64,000 bases of DNA from an uncultured delta proteobacterium (lineage in GTDB: Bacteria; Desulfobacterota; Binatia; Binatales; Binataceae). A program made the position numbers and the translations under genes. Position 1 is the first letter of the stretch. Each line of letters begins with the position of its first letter. The notes below the pieces were generated by a model. That model did not search any database. It had not been told where the DNA came from and saw only the letters and a list, made by a program, of their open reading frames with translations. Below are positions 40,964 to 50,034 of this stretch, piece after piece. The stretch is from NCBI GenBank assembly GCA_963811865.1, contig CAWESZ010000001.1, positions 66,335-130,334 on the forward strand, written 5' to 3'.

Positions 40964-41179
40964 TTCACTACGAAGTGGTCGTATGCCTTGAGCGTCGACC
41001 TTGACCAGCTTAATTCACGCCAGCCGGCCACGCGGCCAGGACCTCGTCGCCCCGCTGGAACTGCGATTGATTCGTATTGCGCGCCGGTGCGGCGCTCCGG
41101 AACGATCTGTTTGTCTCCCCAGTTCCTGGAATTGAGCCGCAGCCAACGGGCCTCTTTTCGCTCTGCCAGCGCCGATCGC

Positions 41180-42520
41180 TCAGGGACCAGGTTGGCAATA
41201 TTGTTCAGGCGTAGGTTCTCGGCGCCGGAGGTTGCCGAGGGCTTGACCGAACCAGTGCGCCGCGTGGCGCAGCCGCCCGGCTCGCAGCTCGTCCACGCCG
41301 CGCCCGAACCGCTGCCGCGTGTCCACCAGCCGCTGCACCTCGGAGAGCAGGCGCGCCCGTAGCGCGACATCGTCGGGTGCGGTCACCAGTTGAACCACCA
41401 AGTCGCCCCACGGGGTGTGCTTCCGCTCCCAGTCCAGGAAAACGAGGCCCAGCCCGGTCCGCACCACCTGCACGTCGACCACGAAGCCCAGCGGCAGTCC
41501 CGCGAGTGGTCCGTTGCGCAGGCAGAGGTCGCCGATGCGCCGGATCTCCAGGCACTCGCGGGCCGTGAAGTATCTCCGCCGCCAGTAGAAATGCACGACC
41601 GGGCCGGCGAAGAGCTCGGGATCGTAGGGGTACACGAAACCATGCTCCGGCGAGACCTCCAGCCAGGTGGAGGCCGCGAACGGCTGCGTGCGCACGAACT
41701 GCTGCACCTCCTCTTCCACTCGGACCGCGTCCGGGTGCGCCCGTTGTCCGCAGTATGCTTTGGCCCAGAACCGCTCTTCGGTCTCCTCGCGCTGCAGCAG
41801 GTGGTACATCACATCGCGACGGAGGTCGCCAAACCCGGGCCCGAATGGGACGGGCTGGTCGTCCTCGCCCTGCACCTCGACCAGCCGCTTGTCCTCGGGA
41901 CGGTTGCCCCTTATGCGGCGGTACGTCGCCAGCCGCCGATAGTGGTAGGCCGGCTCCAGCGAACCCACCAGCTTGAAGAGCGTGCGCCAGCCGCCCTGGT
42001 ACGGATAAGTGACGAGGGCGCGCCGCCAGCGCGCCGCGGCGAAGAGCTCGTTCCACATAGCGTGGTCGTTGGGCCAGAACTGGCCCATCAGGTGGCGCCA
42101 CGGCCAGAGGTCGGGCTCCGTGAGCGAGCCCATGTCGACGAACACCACCGGCGCCCGGGCCACAAGCTGCGCGACGAGCCGCTGCACGAACCCGGCTCCA
42201 CGCACGAGCAGGTGGTGCGCGACGTTCAGCAGCAGCACCGCGTCGGCCGCGGGCAGCGCCGCCGGATCCAGGGTCAAGAGGTTCGCGCAGCTCAGCTCCA
42301 GCCCCGAGTGGCCGGCGGCAGATGGCGGCTGGCGGTCACAGCCGACGGCCTGTACGGTATGGCCGCTGTCCAGCAGCCCCTGGGAGATGCGCGGATCGTT
42401 GCAGCCCAGGTCCAGGATGCGAGAGCCGCGCGGAAGGACTTGCCGGATCGCGCCGAGGCGGGCCGGAAGCGCCTCCGTGGCACTGGGAGGCCCGTCGTAA
42501 TCGTGCAGGAACTGGTCCAT
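41180..42520 (-). CDS. Methyltransferase plus kinase-like fusion protein, copy B (tandem paralogue)
   Basis: Colinear with 39566-40915; RILDLGCN, FWAK, DVQVV...GLVFLDWE. Confidence 0.6.
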   Translation of the reverse strand: MDQFLHDYDGPPSATEALPARLGAIRQVLPRGSRILDLGCNDPRISQGLLDSGHTVQAVGCDRQPPSAAGHSGLELSCANLLTLDPAALPAADAVLLLNVAHHLLVRGAGFVQRLVAQLVARAPVVFVDMGSLTEPDLWPWRHLMGQFWPNDHAMWNELFAAARWRRALVTYPYQGGWRTLFKLVGSLEPAYHYRRLATYRRIRGNRPEDKRLVEVQGEDDQPVPFGPGFGDLRRDVMYHLLQREETEERFWAKAYCGQRAHPDAVRVEEEVQQFVRTQPFAASTWLEVSPEHGFVYPYDPELFAGPVVHFYWRRRYFTARECLEIRRIGDLCLRNGPLAGLPLGFVVDVQVVRTGLGLVFLDWERKHTPWGDLVVQLVTAPDDVALRARLLSEVQRLVDTRQRFGRGVDELRAGRLRHAAHWFGQALGNLRRREPTPEQYCQPGP

Positions 42521-42726
42521 GAGACGGTCAGGAATTTTGTGCTTGAGCCAGTGGTTGATCAGTCAATCGACCGTGGACTTTAGTGCCTAATCGGGTTGTC
42601 GTCTATCTACCGTCAGTAAGTCATTTGGTCAACCAGAGCAGCTCCCCCCATGCGATCTGCCGTCCCACCCTGGAGATTCCGGCCGCGATCGGGGTCGCCG
42701 AGCTGAGCCTCGGGGACTGCATCACG

Positions 42727-43541
42727 TTAGTTCCGGACCGCGGCGCGAGCTAGAACCAAGGTATCTTCCGCAGTTGCTCGATGCGGTTTCGGATGGATCG
42801 ATACTGCCGGTTTTTTTCCCCCTCCCGTCGTCTTCCTGCGTTTCTCCCCGAATGCGTCGTCGATATAGCGGATCGCGGTTACGGCTGTTTCCGGATACAG
42901 TCTGAGAAGTGCCTGACGCAGCGGCTCCTCGCTCGTGATGAGATCGTCGTACTGCACCGTTTCTCCGGGGAGCCTGGAGAGGACGTCGTCGGCCCGAATC
43001 AGGCCCCGGATCATGGCGTCCCGGCAGAGTATCGCGGTCGCCTGGCCATGCCATCTCCTCCGCAGCAAGCGTCGCGCGGCGGAGGCCCAGATGTAGCTAT
43101 CGGCAATCTGTTGCCGGGCCGAAGACGAAGGAGCCTCCGGCGGCGCTGCGAATCGCGGGTAATGCCATCCCTGCCGTTGCATGGCGAAGCCGACGCCGGC
43201 GAGGTCCCGCCGGATCTTCAAGATGCAGAAGTTTCGCAGCCCCGCCCATTCCGCGACGACAAAAGGGTTGACCACATCCTTGTAAATGGAACCTTCCGGA
43301 TTGGCGGCTTGATCCAAAAAATCCATGACGTGGCTGATTTCGCGGGGTCGCGCTCTCTGATCAGAAACTTGCGGCTCGACTCGGACAGCTTCGGCCACGT
43401 GCTCAACGCATACAGATCGTGATTGAGTATTTCGCCGTTGGTAACCCAAGGAGGGGCCTTCAAACCGAGCGCGTCGCGGGCCACGCGAAACGTATCGGTC
43501 GACAGGGAGCGGGGCAAGGATAGGATGAACAGCGATTTCAT
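42727..43541 (-). CDS. Sulfotransferase-like protein (frameshift near 43340)
   Basis: N-terminal FILSLPRSLST resembles the 5'-PSB loop (PRSGT/ST); GEILN; ILKIRRD; VQYDDLI. Confidence 0.5.
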
Positions 43542-43588
43542 ATGCAGGAGAAATCCACGGGCTCTACCCCGCTTCAGCGCTCGGCCCG

Positions 43589-43689
43589 CTCAGCCGGCGG
43601 AGCGCGTTTCGCCTGCGGTCGCCATCCGGCGGAATTCGTCGACATCGCGCATCAATTCGTCGTAGCGGCCGCACGCACGGATCCGACCG
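43589..43689. repeat. 101-bp direct repeat of the ABC transporter 3' end (partner 46954-47054)
   Basis: Five mismatches, all synonymous third positions. Confidence 0.9.
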
Positions 43690-43908
43690 AAGCCCGACTC
43701 GATCAGTGCGACATGCCGGTCGGCAAGCTCTCGACACGGCGCATGAAGCGCGAGCTCGGGATCGACGTTGAAGACCACGATCGCGGCCCGCGCTCGGTTC
43801 ATCGGGCGGAATCTGCGAAAGTATCGTATCGAAGGTTTCCAGCAGATAGTCGCGCTTGCGCCGCAGGGTTGGTATGCCGATCACGAATTTGGCGCTCGTT
43901 GATGCCAT
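43590..43908 (-). pseudogene. GT54/MGAT4-like N-terminal fragment fused to a copy of the ABC transporter C-terminus
   Basis: FVIGIPTLRRKRDYLLETFDTILSQIPPDE/RARAAIVVFNVD...ELADRHVALIESG, then GRIRACGRYDELMRDVDEFRRMATAGETRSAG, identical to the ABC protein end. Confidence 0.6.
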
Positions 43909-43985
43909 GGCGATTGCGCTCCGCGCGTGGCGCGGAGCCGACGCGGTATCAACCTAAACCGATCCGTGCCGAAAGCGCCAGTTCC

Positions 43986-44050
43986 GTTGCGCCGCTGATC
44001 GCGAAAATCCGAGCTGCTCCACGCTTCGGGAGTCGGCTGCTCAGCCGGCG
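43986..44050. repeat. Diverged direct repeat (partner 46898-46964) bracketing the GT-C gene
   Basis: gttgcgcc..gcgaaaatccRagctgctcca..cgcttcgggaRtcggc..ctcagccggcg in both places. Confidence 0.65.
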
Positions 44051-44526
44051 TGGTGCTGGCGACGGGCTTGTTCTATGAGATGATCATCGCCGGCCGTTTC
44101 GCAACTTACGGCTTCGAGGCTGCGAGGTTTGTCGAGGCGGGAGCCGACTTTTGGCAGTCTTGGGCTGCGACGTAGTAAATTCCGGTGTACATGTGGTTTC
44201 TGGTCTGCTCCGCGGCGCGCTTATCGCGCACGATTGGTTGCCCGATCGAGCCGAGTTTGGCTAGTGTGGCCCCCGATGCGGGCGGGTGAAGCGGCGCGGG
44301 AAGGCGAAGCGGGCGCCGTCTTCGGGCCAGGCTTCTGTTACGGTCCGCGTTACTGGGTACCGCTGCCTCCGTGGTTCGCGATCGGATGGAACAGCGCCGG
44401 GCGCGCCCTGCGGGTGGTATCCTCGGTTCTCGCAATCGCGGGAGCCGTGTTCGCCATCTCCGGAATTCTTCGTTGCCCCGAGATGTTCGCCGGTCCGCCG
44501 TGGTCCGCATTGTTTTGCGCGTCCTG

Positions 44527-46711
44527 ATGCCCAAGCTTGGGCATAATGCCGACGGCCCCCGAGGAGTCTGGAACAGGCTTCTCTCGGACCGCGGCGGGTT
44601 CGCCGAACTGGCGATCTATCTTCTACTTTCCATCCTGTTCTTTGGGCGCGGCCTGATCGGGCACTTGGCAACCTTCAATCTGGGTCAGAGCAAGGATTCC
44701 GGGCTTTTACATGTGGTGCCTGCTCTGGCTCCCCTACGCGATCAGCCATCGGATAAATCCATTCTTCACCGATTTGATTTGGGCGCCGGGCGGCGTCAGT
44801 CTCGCTTGGACGACCTTCATACCGCTGGTGGCTCTGGCCGCGTACCCGATGACCGCGACGTTAGGACCGATCGTAACCTACAACATTCTATGCCTGATCG
44901 CCCCGGCGCTCGCGGGCTGGAGCACATTCATCCTTTGCCGCTACCTCACAAAGCGTTACTGGCCGTCGCTGGTTGGCGGCTATCTCTTCGGTTTCTCGCC
45001 GTACATGGCCGGCCAGATGAACACTCATCTGGTCCTGGTGCTGATCTTCCCGATTCCGCTCGCGGCGTATCTGGTCGTGCGGCGGGCCAACAGCGAGCTC
45101 GGACGGCGCCCGTTCGCGATCCTGCTGGCGCTGGTGCTGGTGGCGCAGTTCCTGATCGCGCTGGAAACCTTCGCGACCATGACCTTCTTTGGCGGGGTCG
45201 CGATGCTGCTGGCCCTGGCGATCGCAAAGGGCGAACTCAGGCGGCGAGTGTACTCGACACTTCAAGATGTAGCGGTGGCCTACGGGCTGGTCGCGATCGT
45301 CCTGAGTCCCTATTTCTACTATCTGTTCGCATTCGGAGTCCCGAGCGGATCTCCCTACCCGACCGATATCTTTTCCGCCGATCTGCTGAACTTTCTGATA
45401 CCCACGCCCGCAAATCTGGCGGGCCAGCTCGACTGGTTCGCCAGAATCACGGGCGAATTCACCGGCAACCTCGGTGAAGCCACCGCCTACCTGAGCCCGG
45501 GCCTGGTCTTTATCGCCGCGGCGTTCGCGTATTCGCACCGGCGGGATTTCAGCGGAGCGCTGCTCGCCGGATGGCTGCTGATCATCTGCGTGGCCTCGAT
45601 GGGAGTCGTGCTCCACGTCGACGGGCAGAAGATGCTACCGCTGCCGTGGGCACTGGTTTCCCATTTGCCGCTTATCGACAAGGCTCTGCCGGCGCGATTC
45701 ACTCTGTTCGCTTTTCTGGATCTGGCCGTGATCGCCGCGCTGTGGCTCAGCGACGCGCCCCCGCACTCGATCTTCCGGCCGGCGGTGATACTCGCGACGA
45801 TCCTCCTGATGCTGCCCAACCTGGATGCGCGGGCGTGGGTGAATCCGGTCGATCTCCCGGTCTTCTTTTCCAGCGGGCTCTACCGTCAGTACCTGCGGGA
45901 AGGCGAGCTGGTGCTGCTCCTGCCGACCGAGGGCAACGACAGCATGCTGTGGCAGGCGGCGTCGGGAATGTACTTCCGTATGGCCGACGGCTACGTCGGG
46001 CCCGATCCGGTCGGCTTTACGCGCTGGGAGCCGAAAGAGGGCCGTGCTCTGCTGCCCTTCCTTGCCAGCCACGACATTACCGCGATCGTGTTGTGCAACC
46101 AGTACTGGAACTCCGGTAGATTTTTCGGCCCCCTCTCGTTTGAGTTGGTTCCAACCTCCGCGACGCTTTGGAGGCCGTACCTGTCGCCATTGAAGGTCGA
46201 TCCGGTCCGCGCCGGCGATGTGCTTGTCTATCGGATTCCAACTGAGGTCCTCGCGCAGTACAAACCTGCCGGTAGCTGCTCCCCAGCCGCCGATGCGGCA
46301 CTGAGGGCCGGCGCTGAGACCCCGATATGCAGTTTCTCGGCGACACCCCCGGCTAAAGACCGGCCTTGGCACGCCTTCATGGAGTGGCACGCCGTCGTGG
46401 CGAATCGGGGTTCGGAACTGGGCAGAATCCGTTGCACGATCGGCAACGGAACCAACGACCTTGTGACCGCCGAAACCTTTCTGTTCGGCAACGAAACACG
46501 TACCTGGCATCTGACCGCGAGCGCATCGCGTGCCGGGGCGGCGTTTAGGAAAAATATGGCGCAGCAGTGGACCTGGAGGTGCGAGGCCGATCGGAACCTC
46601 ACAATCCTTCCAACGCGTTCTTCATCTGAAATCTCCAACATCGCTCTCAGTTTCCGGACAGGCGACTGGTCCCCTACTTCGGCGCTCCACAGGCGCGATT
46701 CCGATTTCTGA
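44527..46711 (+). CDS. Multi-TM GT-C-fold glycosyltransferase-like membrane protein (frameshift near 44705)
   Basis: First TM, then D..(Y)MWCL.W...NPFFTD.IWAPGGVSLAW, GGYLFGFSPY, SADLLNFLIP, LPARF, SMLWQA. Confidence 0.7.
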
Positions 46712-46954
46712 TTCCGCATGGTAACTCTTGTGACCGACAGCGATTGGCGGCCGTGCGGCGGGCGCGTCTGCGCGCCACTTCGGGCGCGCCGCCGGGCGCC
46801 GGAGAGCGTGGCTAACGCTCGTCGCGCTGACTGAAGATCGGGTTGGGCCGGGGAAAACCGCCCGCGGATAGAGACGCCGGCGGAATATGGAACTCCAGTT
46901 GCGCCACAGGTAGCGAAAATCCAAGCTGCTCCAGCGCTTCGGGAATCGGCCTAC

Positions 46955-48736
46955 TCAGCCGGCGGAGCGCGTTTCGCCTGCGGTCGCCATCCGGCGGAAT
47001 TCGTCAACGTCGCGCATCAATTCGTCGTAGCGGCCGCACGCGCGGATTCGGCCGTCGGCGATGAAGACCAGCCGATCGCAATGCCGGACCGTGGCCAGGC
47101 GATGCGCGATTACGAGCAGGGTCTTGCGGCCCTGCAGCGACTCGATTGCGCCCGTGACGTCGGCCTCGGTGGCCTGGTCGAGCGCGGAGGTAGCCTCGTC
47201 GAATACCAGCAGGTCGGGATCGTGATAGAGGGCGCGGGCGATTCCGACGCGTTGCCGTTCGCCGCCGGAGAAGCGCACGCCGCGTTCACCGACCACGGTG
47301 TCGAGGCCGGCCGGCAGCGTGGCGATCAACTGCTCGAGTTGCACCATCCGGACCACCGCGCGCACGCGCTCAAGGCTGATCTCGGCGTCGGCGAGGCCGA
47401 ACGCAATGTTGCGGGTCAGGCTGTCGTCGAGCAGAAAGATCGATTGCGACACGTAACCGACGCGATGCTTCCAGGCGAACCGCCGATCGGACAGGTCCTG
47501 CCCGTCGATCAGGATGCGCCCGGATGTGGGTCGCAGCAGTCCGACCAGCAGGTCGGCGAGCGTGCTCTTGCCCGCGCCGGTGGGTCCGACGACCCCGATT
47601 GATTCGCCGCGCCGAATCGTCAGCGCGATCTCATGCAACACCGGATGCTCAGCCTCGGCGTAGGCAAACGACACGCGCTCGAATTCGATCGCGGTGTGGA
47701 GCATCACCGCATGGCCGTCATCACCGTTCGCGGGGCCGCGCTCGAGGTCGGCGATGAGCAGATAGTCGTCGTGGAGCTTGGTGGCCGAACGCGCGGCGCC
47801 GCGGATCTGGTTGACCCGCCACGCGATCCGGTTGACGGATGGAACGATCCGGAACGCGGCATAGGAGAACAGCGCCAGCAGCGGCAGCCCTTCGCTGCGG
47901 ACCGCGCCCTTAGCGCTCAGCAGCGCGATCACTACCAGCGCTCCGCCCACGAACAGGGTCTCGGTGAACAGCGGCGCGCTGGCCTCCATGGTTTTGGCGA
48001 GGTATCCGAGTTTCAGGATGCCGCGCAGCTTCTGCTCGAGTGCGCCGGCAAAAAACTCCTCGCCGCCGAACACCTTGATCTCCTTTACGCCGCCGAAGGC
48101 TTGCTGGAGATCGCGCAAGAATCCCCGCGACAACTGGTCCTGTCCGTGTCCATAGCGATCGGCCATCGTGCGCGTGAGGCGCAGCAGCAAGGCGAGTCCG
48201 CCGCCCAGAAGGCATCCGGCGATCAGGGTGATCTTCGGCGCGGTATACAGCAGCACCGCGGCGATGCTTGCGGCGGCCAGAATTTCCGACGCCACGGAAA
48301 CCGCCGCCGACATCCCTTGCTCGCAGACCCGGTCCACCGCGGTGTCCACGTTCCAGATCAGGTCGGCGGAGTTGCGGCGCAGATGGAAGGGGTAGGGCAT
48401 CGCGAGATAACCCCTCATCATCCGACTTTTGAGCGCGACCACTGACTCGCCCACGACCTTGTGGCTGAAGTATTCCATGCCCAGCGCAAACAGGTTCTTG
48501 ACCAGATAGAAAAGCGCGACCAGTCCGGTCAACGCGACAGTCTGGGCCTGGGCGCTATGCCACGGCAGGATCGCTGCGATCCTTGAAACGACCGGCAGGC
48601 GTGCAATCGCGGGCGGGTCGCTCATGATCTTGATCAGCGCGAACACCGCCGCGGCGGCGACCGCCTCAAGCGTGCCGCGCAAGAACGCGATCGGTGTGAG
48701 TATCGCCCACCGCCACCGGATCGCGCCGGGCAACAT
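46955..48736 (-). CDS. ABC transporter TMD-NBD fusion, PglK/WlaB-like putative LLO flippase
   Basis: PY.FHLRRNSADL, GGVKEIK, AAFRIVPS, Walker A GPTGAGKST, GERGVRFSGGERQR, FDEATSALD, IAHRL. Confidence 0.85.
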   Translation of the reverse strand: MLPGAIRWRWAILTPIAFLRGTLEAVAAAAVFALIKIMSDPPAIARLPVVSRIAAILPWHSAQAQTVALTGLVALFYLVKNLFALGMEYFSHKVVGESVVALKSRMMRGYLAMPYPFHLRRNSADLIWNVDTAVDRVCEQGMSAAVSVASEILAAASIAAVLLYTAPKITLIAGCLLGGGLALLLRLTRTMADRYGHGQDQLSRGFLRDLQQAFGGVKEIKVFGGEEFFAGALEQKLRGILKLGYLAKTMEASAPLFTETLFVGGALVVIALLSAKGAVRSEGLPLLALFSYAAFRIVPSVNRIAWRVNQIRGAARSATKLHDDYLLIADLERGPANGDDGHAVMLHTAIEFERVSFAYAEAEHPVLHEIALTIRRGESIGVVGPTGAGKSTLADLLVGLLRPTSGRILIDGQDLSDRRFAWKHRVGYVSQSIFLLDDSLTRNIAFGLADAEISLERVRAVVRMVQLEQLIATLPAGLDTVVGERGVRFSGGERQRVGIARALYHDPDLLVFDEATSALDQATEADVTGAIESLQGRKTLLVIAHRLATVRHCDRLVFIADGRIRACGRYDELMRDVDEFRRMATAGETRSAG

Positions 48737-48801
48737 CGCGAAGGACCTGCCCAGAGCCTCGGAGGGCGGGAAAGCGGGAACTCCGACGGTCTGATGGGCC
48801 G

Positions 48802-50016
48802 CTACTCAAGTCCGATCCTCCGGGAGTTGCTAACCGTTTCCTCGACGATCGATTCGAGTTGCGTGCCGAAGGCCGCTTTCGAGAACTTCCCGGCTACGTG
48901 CTCCCGGCCGGCCCGGCCCATCCGCTCGGCTCTCGCCGGGTCGCTCGCCAGGATGGCGAGGGCGGCGGCAAAGGCGCTGGGCTGGGGCGGACAGAGAAAG
49001 CCGGTAATTCCGTCGATGATAGTCTCCGCCGGTCCGCCGTTGTTGACTGCTACCACCGCCCTTGAAGCCGCCATTGCTTCCAGCGGACCGTAGCCGAAAT
49101 GCTCATACTCAGGGGTATAGACCACGCACCGGCAGCGGGAAAGGAGGTCCCGCAACTCGCGATCGTCCGGCGAGGGCCGAAAGACCACCTGCGCCGCCAC
49201 TGCGCGGCTCCGGGCCAGCGCTTCGAGCTCGCGCAGCGTGCGGGTGGGCTCGGCCGCGCGCGGATCCAGGCCGCCGGCGATCACCAATCGCAGCCGAGTG
49301 AAGATCGCCGGGGGAAGGGCACGCTCGAGCGCGGCCAGCGCCTCGATCGCGAGCCCCACGTTCTTTCTGGAATCGAAGCGGCCGATCGAGAGCATCGTAA
49401 TCGTAGCATCGTCCGCGCCGTCGCCATTGCGTGCCAGGCTGGCGACCTCGACCCCGGGGTAAAGCAGTTGCGGAACGCCCAGGCGCGGGAAAGTGCGCGC
49501 CATCACCGACGCGGTGAAGCGGCTGTTCGCGAGCACCCGATCGGCCATCCCGGTGGAGACTTTTTCCGACCAGTCGATCGGGGCGCGATACCAGCGGTAG
49601 AGACCGCCGCGCTGCGGGGCGAGCAACTGGTCGGGGAAGTGGCAGTAGAAAATGATCCTGGCCCGCGTCATCAGCCGCAGTATCGGAATCGATTGCGATA
49701 CCACGTCGGCGAAGATCACGTCGAAACGGTCGCGGCTCAGCGCCAGACGCGAGGCCGCGTAGCACGCCCGGCCGATATTGCACGGCGCCAGCAGCCGGCC
49801 CGCGATTTGAAGCGGCAGGAAGTCTCCGTAGGCGCGGACGTCGAGGCTGCCGTCGCGGGCGCGCTCGAAACAATGCTCGCGGTCCAGATGCGAGGTGACA
49901 ATCGTGACGCGATGGCCGGCCTGCTGAAGACAGCTTGCGGCGTCGAGCACCAGGCGCTCGGCTCCGCCCACCCCGAGTTGGGGATGGACGAACCCGATCC
50001 GCAATGAGCGTCTCAT
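48802..50016 (-). CDS. alg2: ALG2-like alpha-1,3/1,6-mannosyltransferase (GT4)
   Basis: FVHPQLGVGGAERLVLDAA, HCF, GDFLP, IFYCHFPD, YRAPIDW.E..TGMAD, NSRFT, LVIAGG.D, VYTP..EHFGYGPLEAM, AVNNGGP.ET, TGFLC, colinear with eukaryotic ALG2 motifs as recalled. Confidence 0.88.
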   Translation of the reverse strand: MRRSLRIGFVHPQLGVGGAERLVLDAASCLQQAGHRVTIVTSHLDREHCFERARDGSLDVRAYGDFLPLQIAGRLLAPCNIGRACYAASRLALSRDRFDVIFADVVSQSIPILRLMTRARIIFYCHFPDQLLAPQRGGLYRWYRAPIDWSEKVSTGMADRVLANSRFTASVMARTFPRLGVPQLLYPGVEVASLARNGDGADDATITMLSIGRFDSRKNVGLAIEALAALERALPPAIFTRLRLVIAGGLDPRAAEPTRTLRELEALARSRAVAAQVVFRPSPDDRELRDLLSRCRCVVYTPEYEHFGYGPLEAMAASRAVVAVNNGGPAETIIDGITGFLCPPQPSAFAAALAILASDPARAERMGRAGREHVAGKFSKAAFGTQLESIVEETVSNSRRIGLE

Positions 50017-50034
50017 GACAGGCCGGCGCGCCGG

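Noticed and set aside
28777-42520. Diversity-generating retroelement behind the near-identical paralogues (tadG pair, MTase-kinase pair)
   Set aside because: No reverse transcriptase; differences are not adenine-specific; whole genes are duplicated.
44050-44527. Possible membrane-protein gene upstream of the GT-C
   Set aside because: Hydrophobic stretches are interrupted by stops and frame changes; at best an unassignable remnant.
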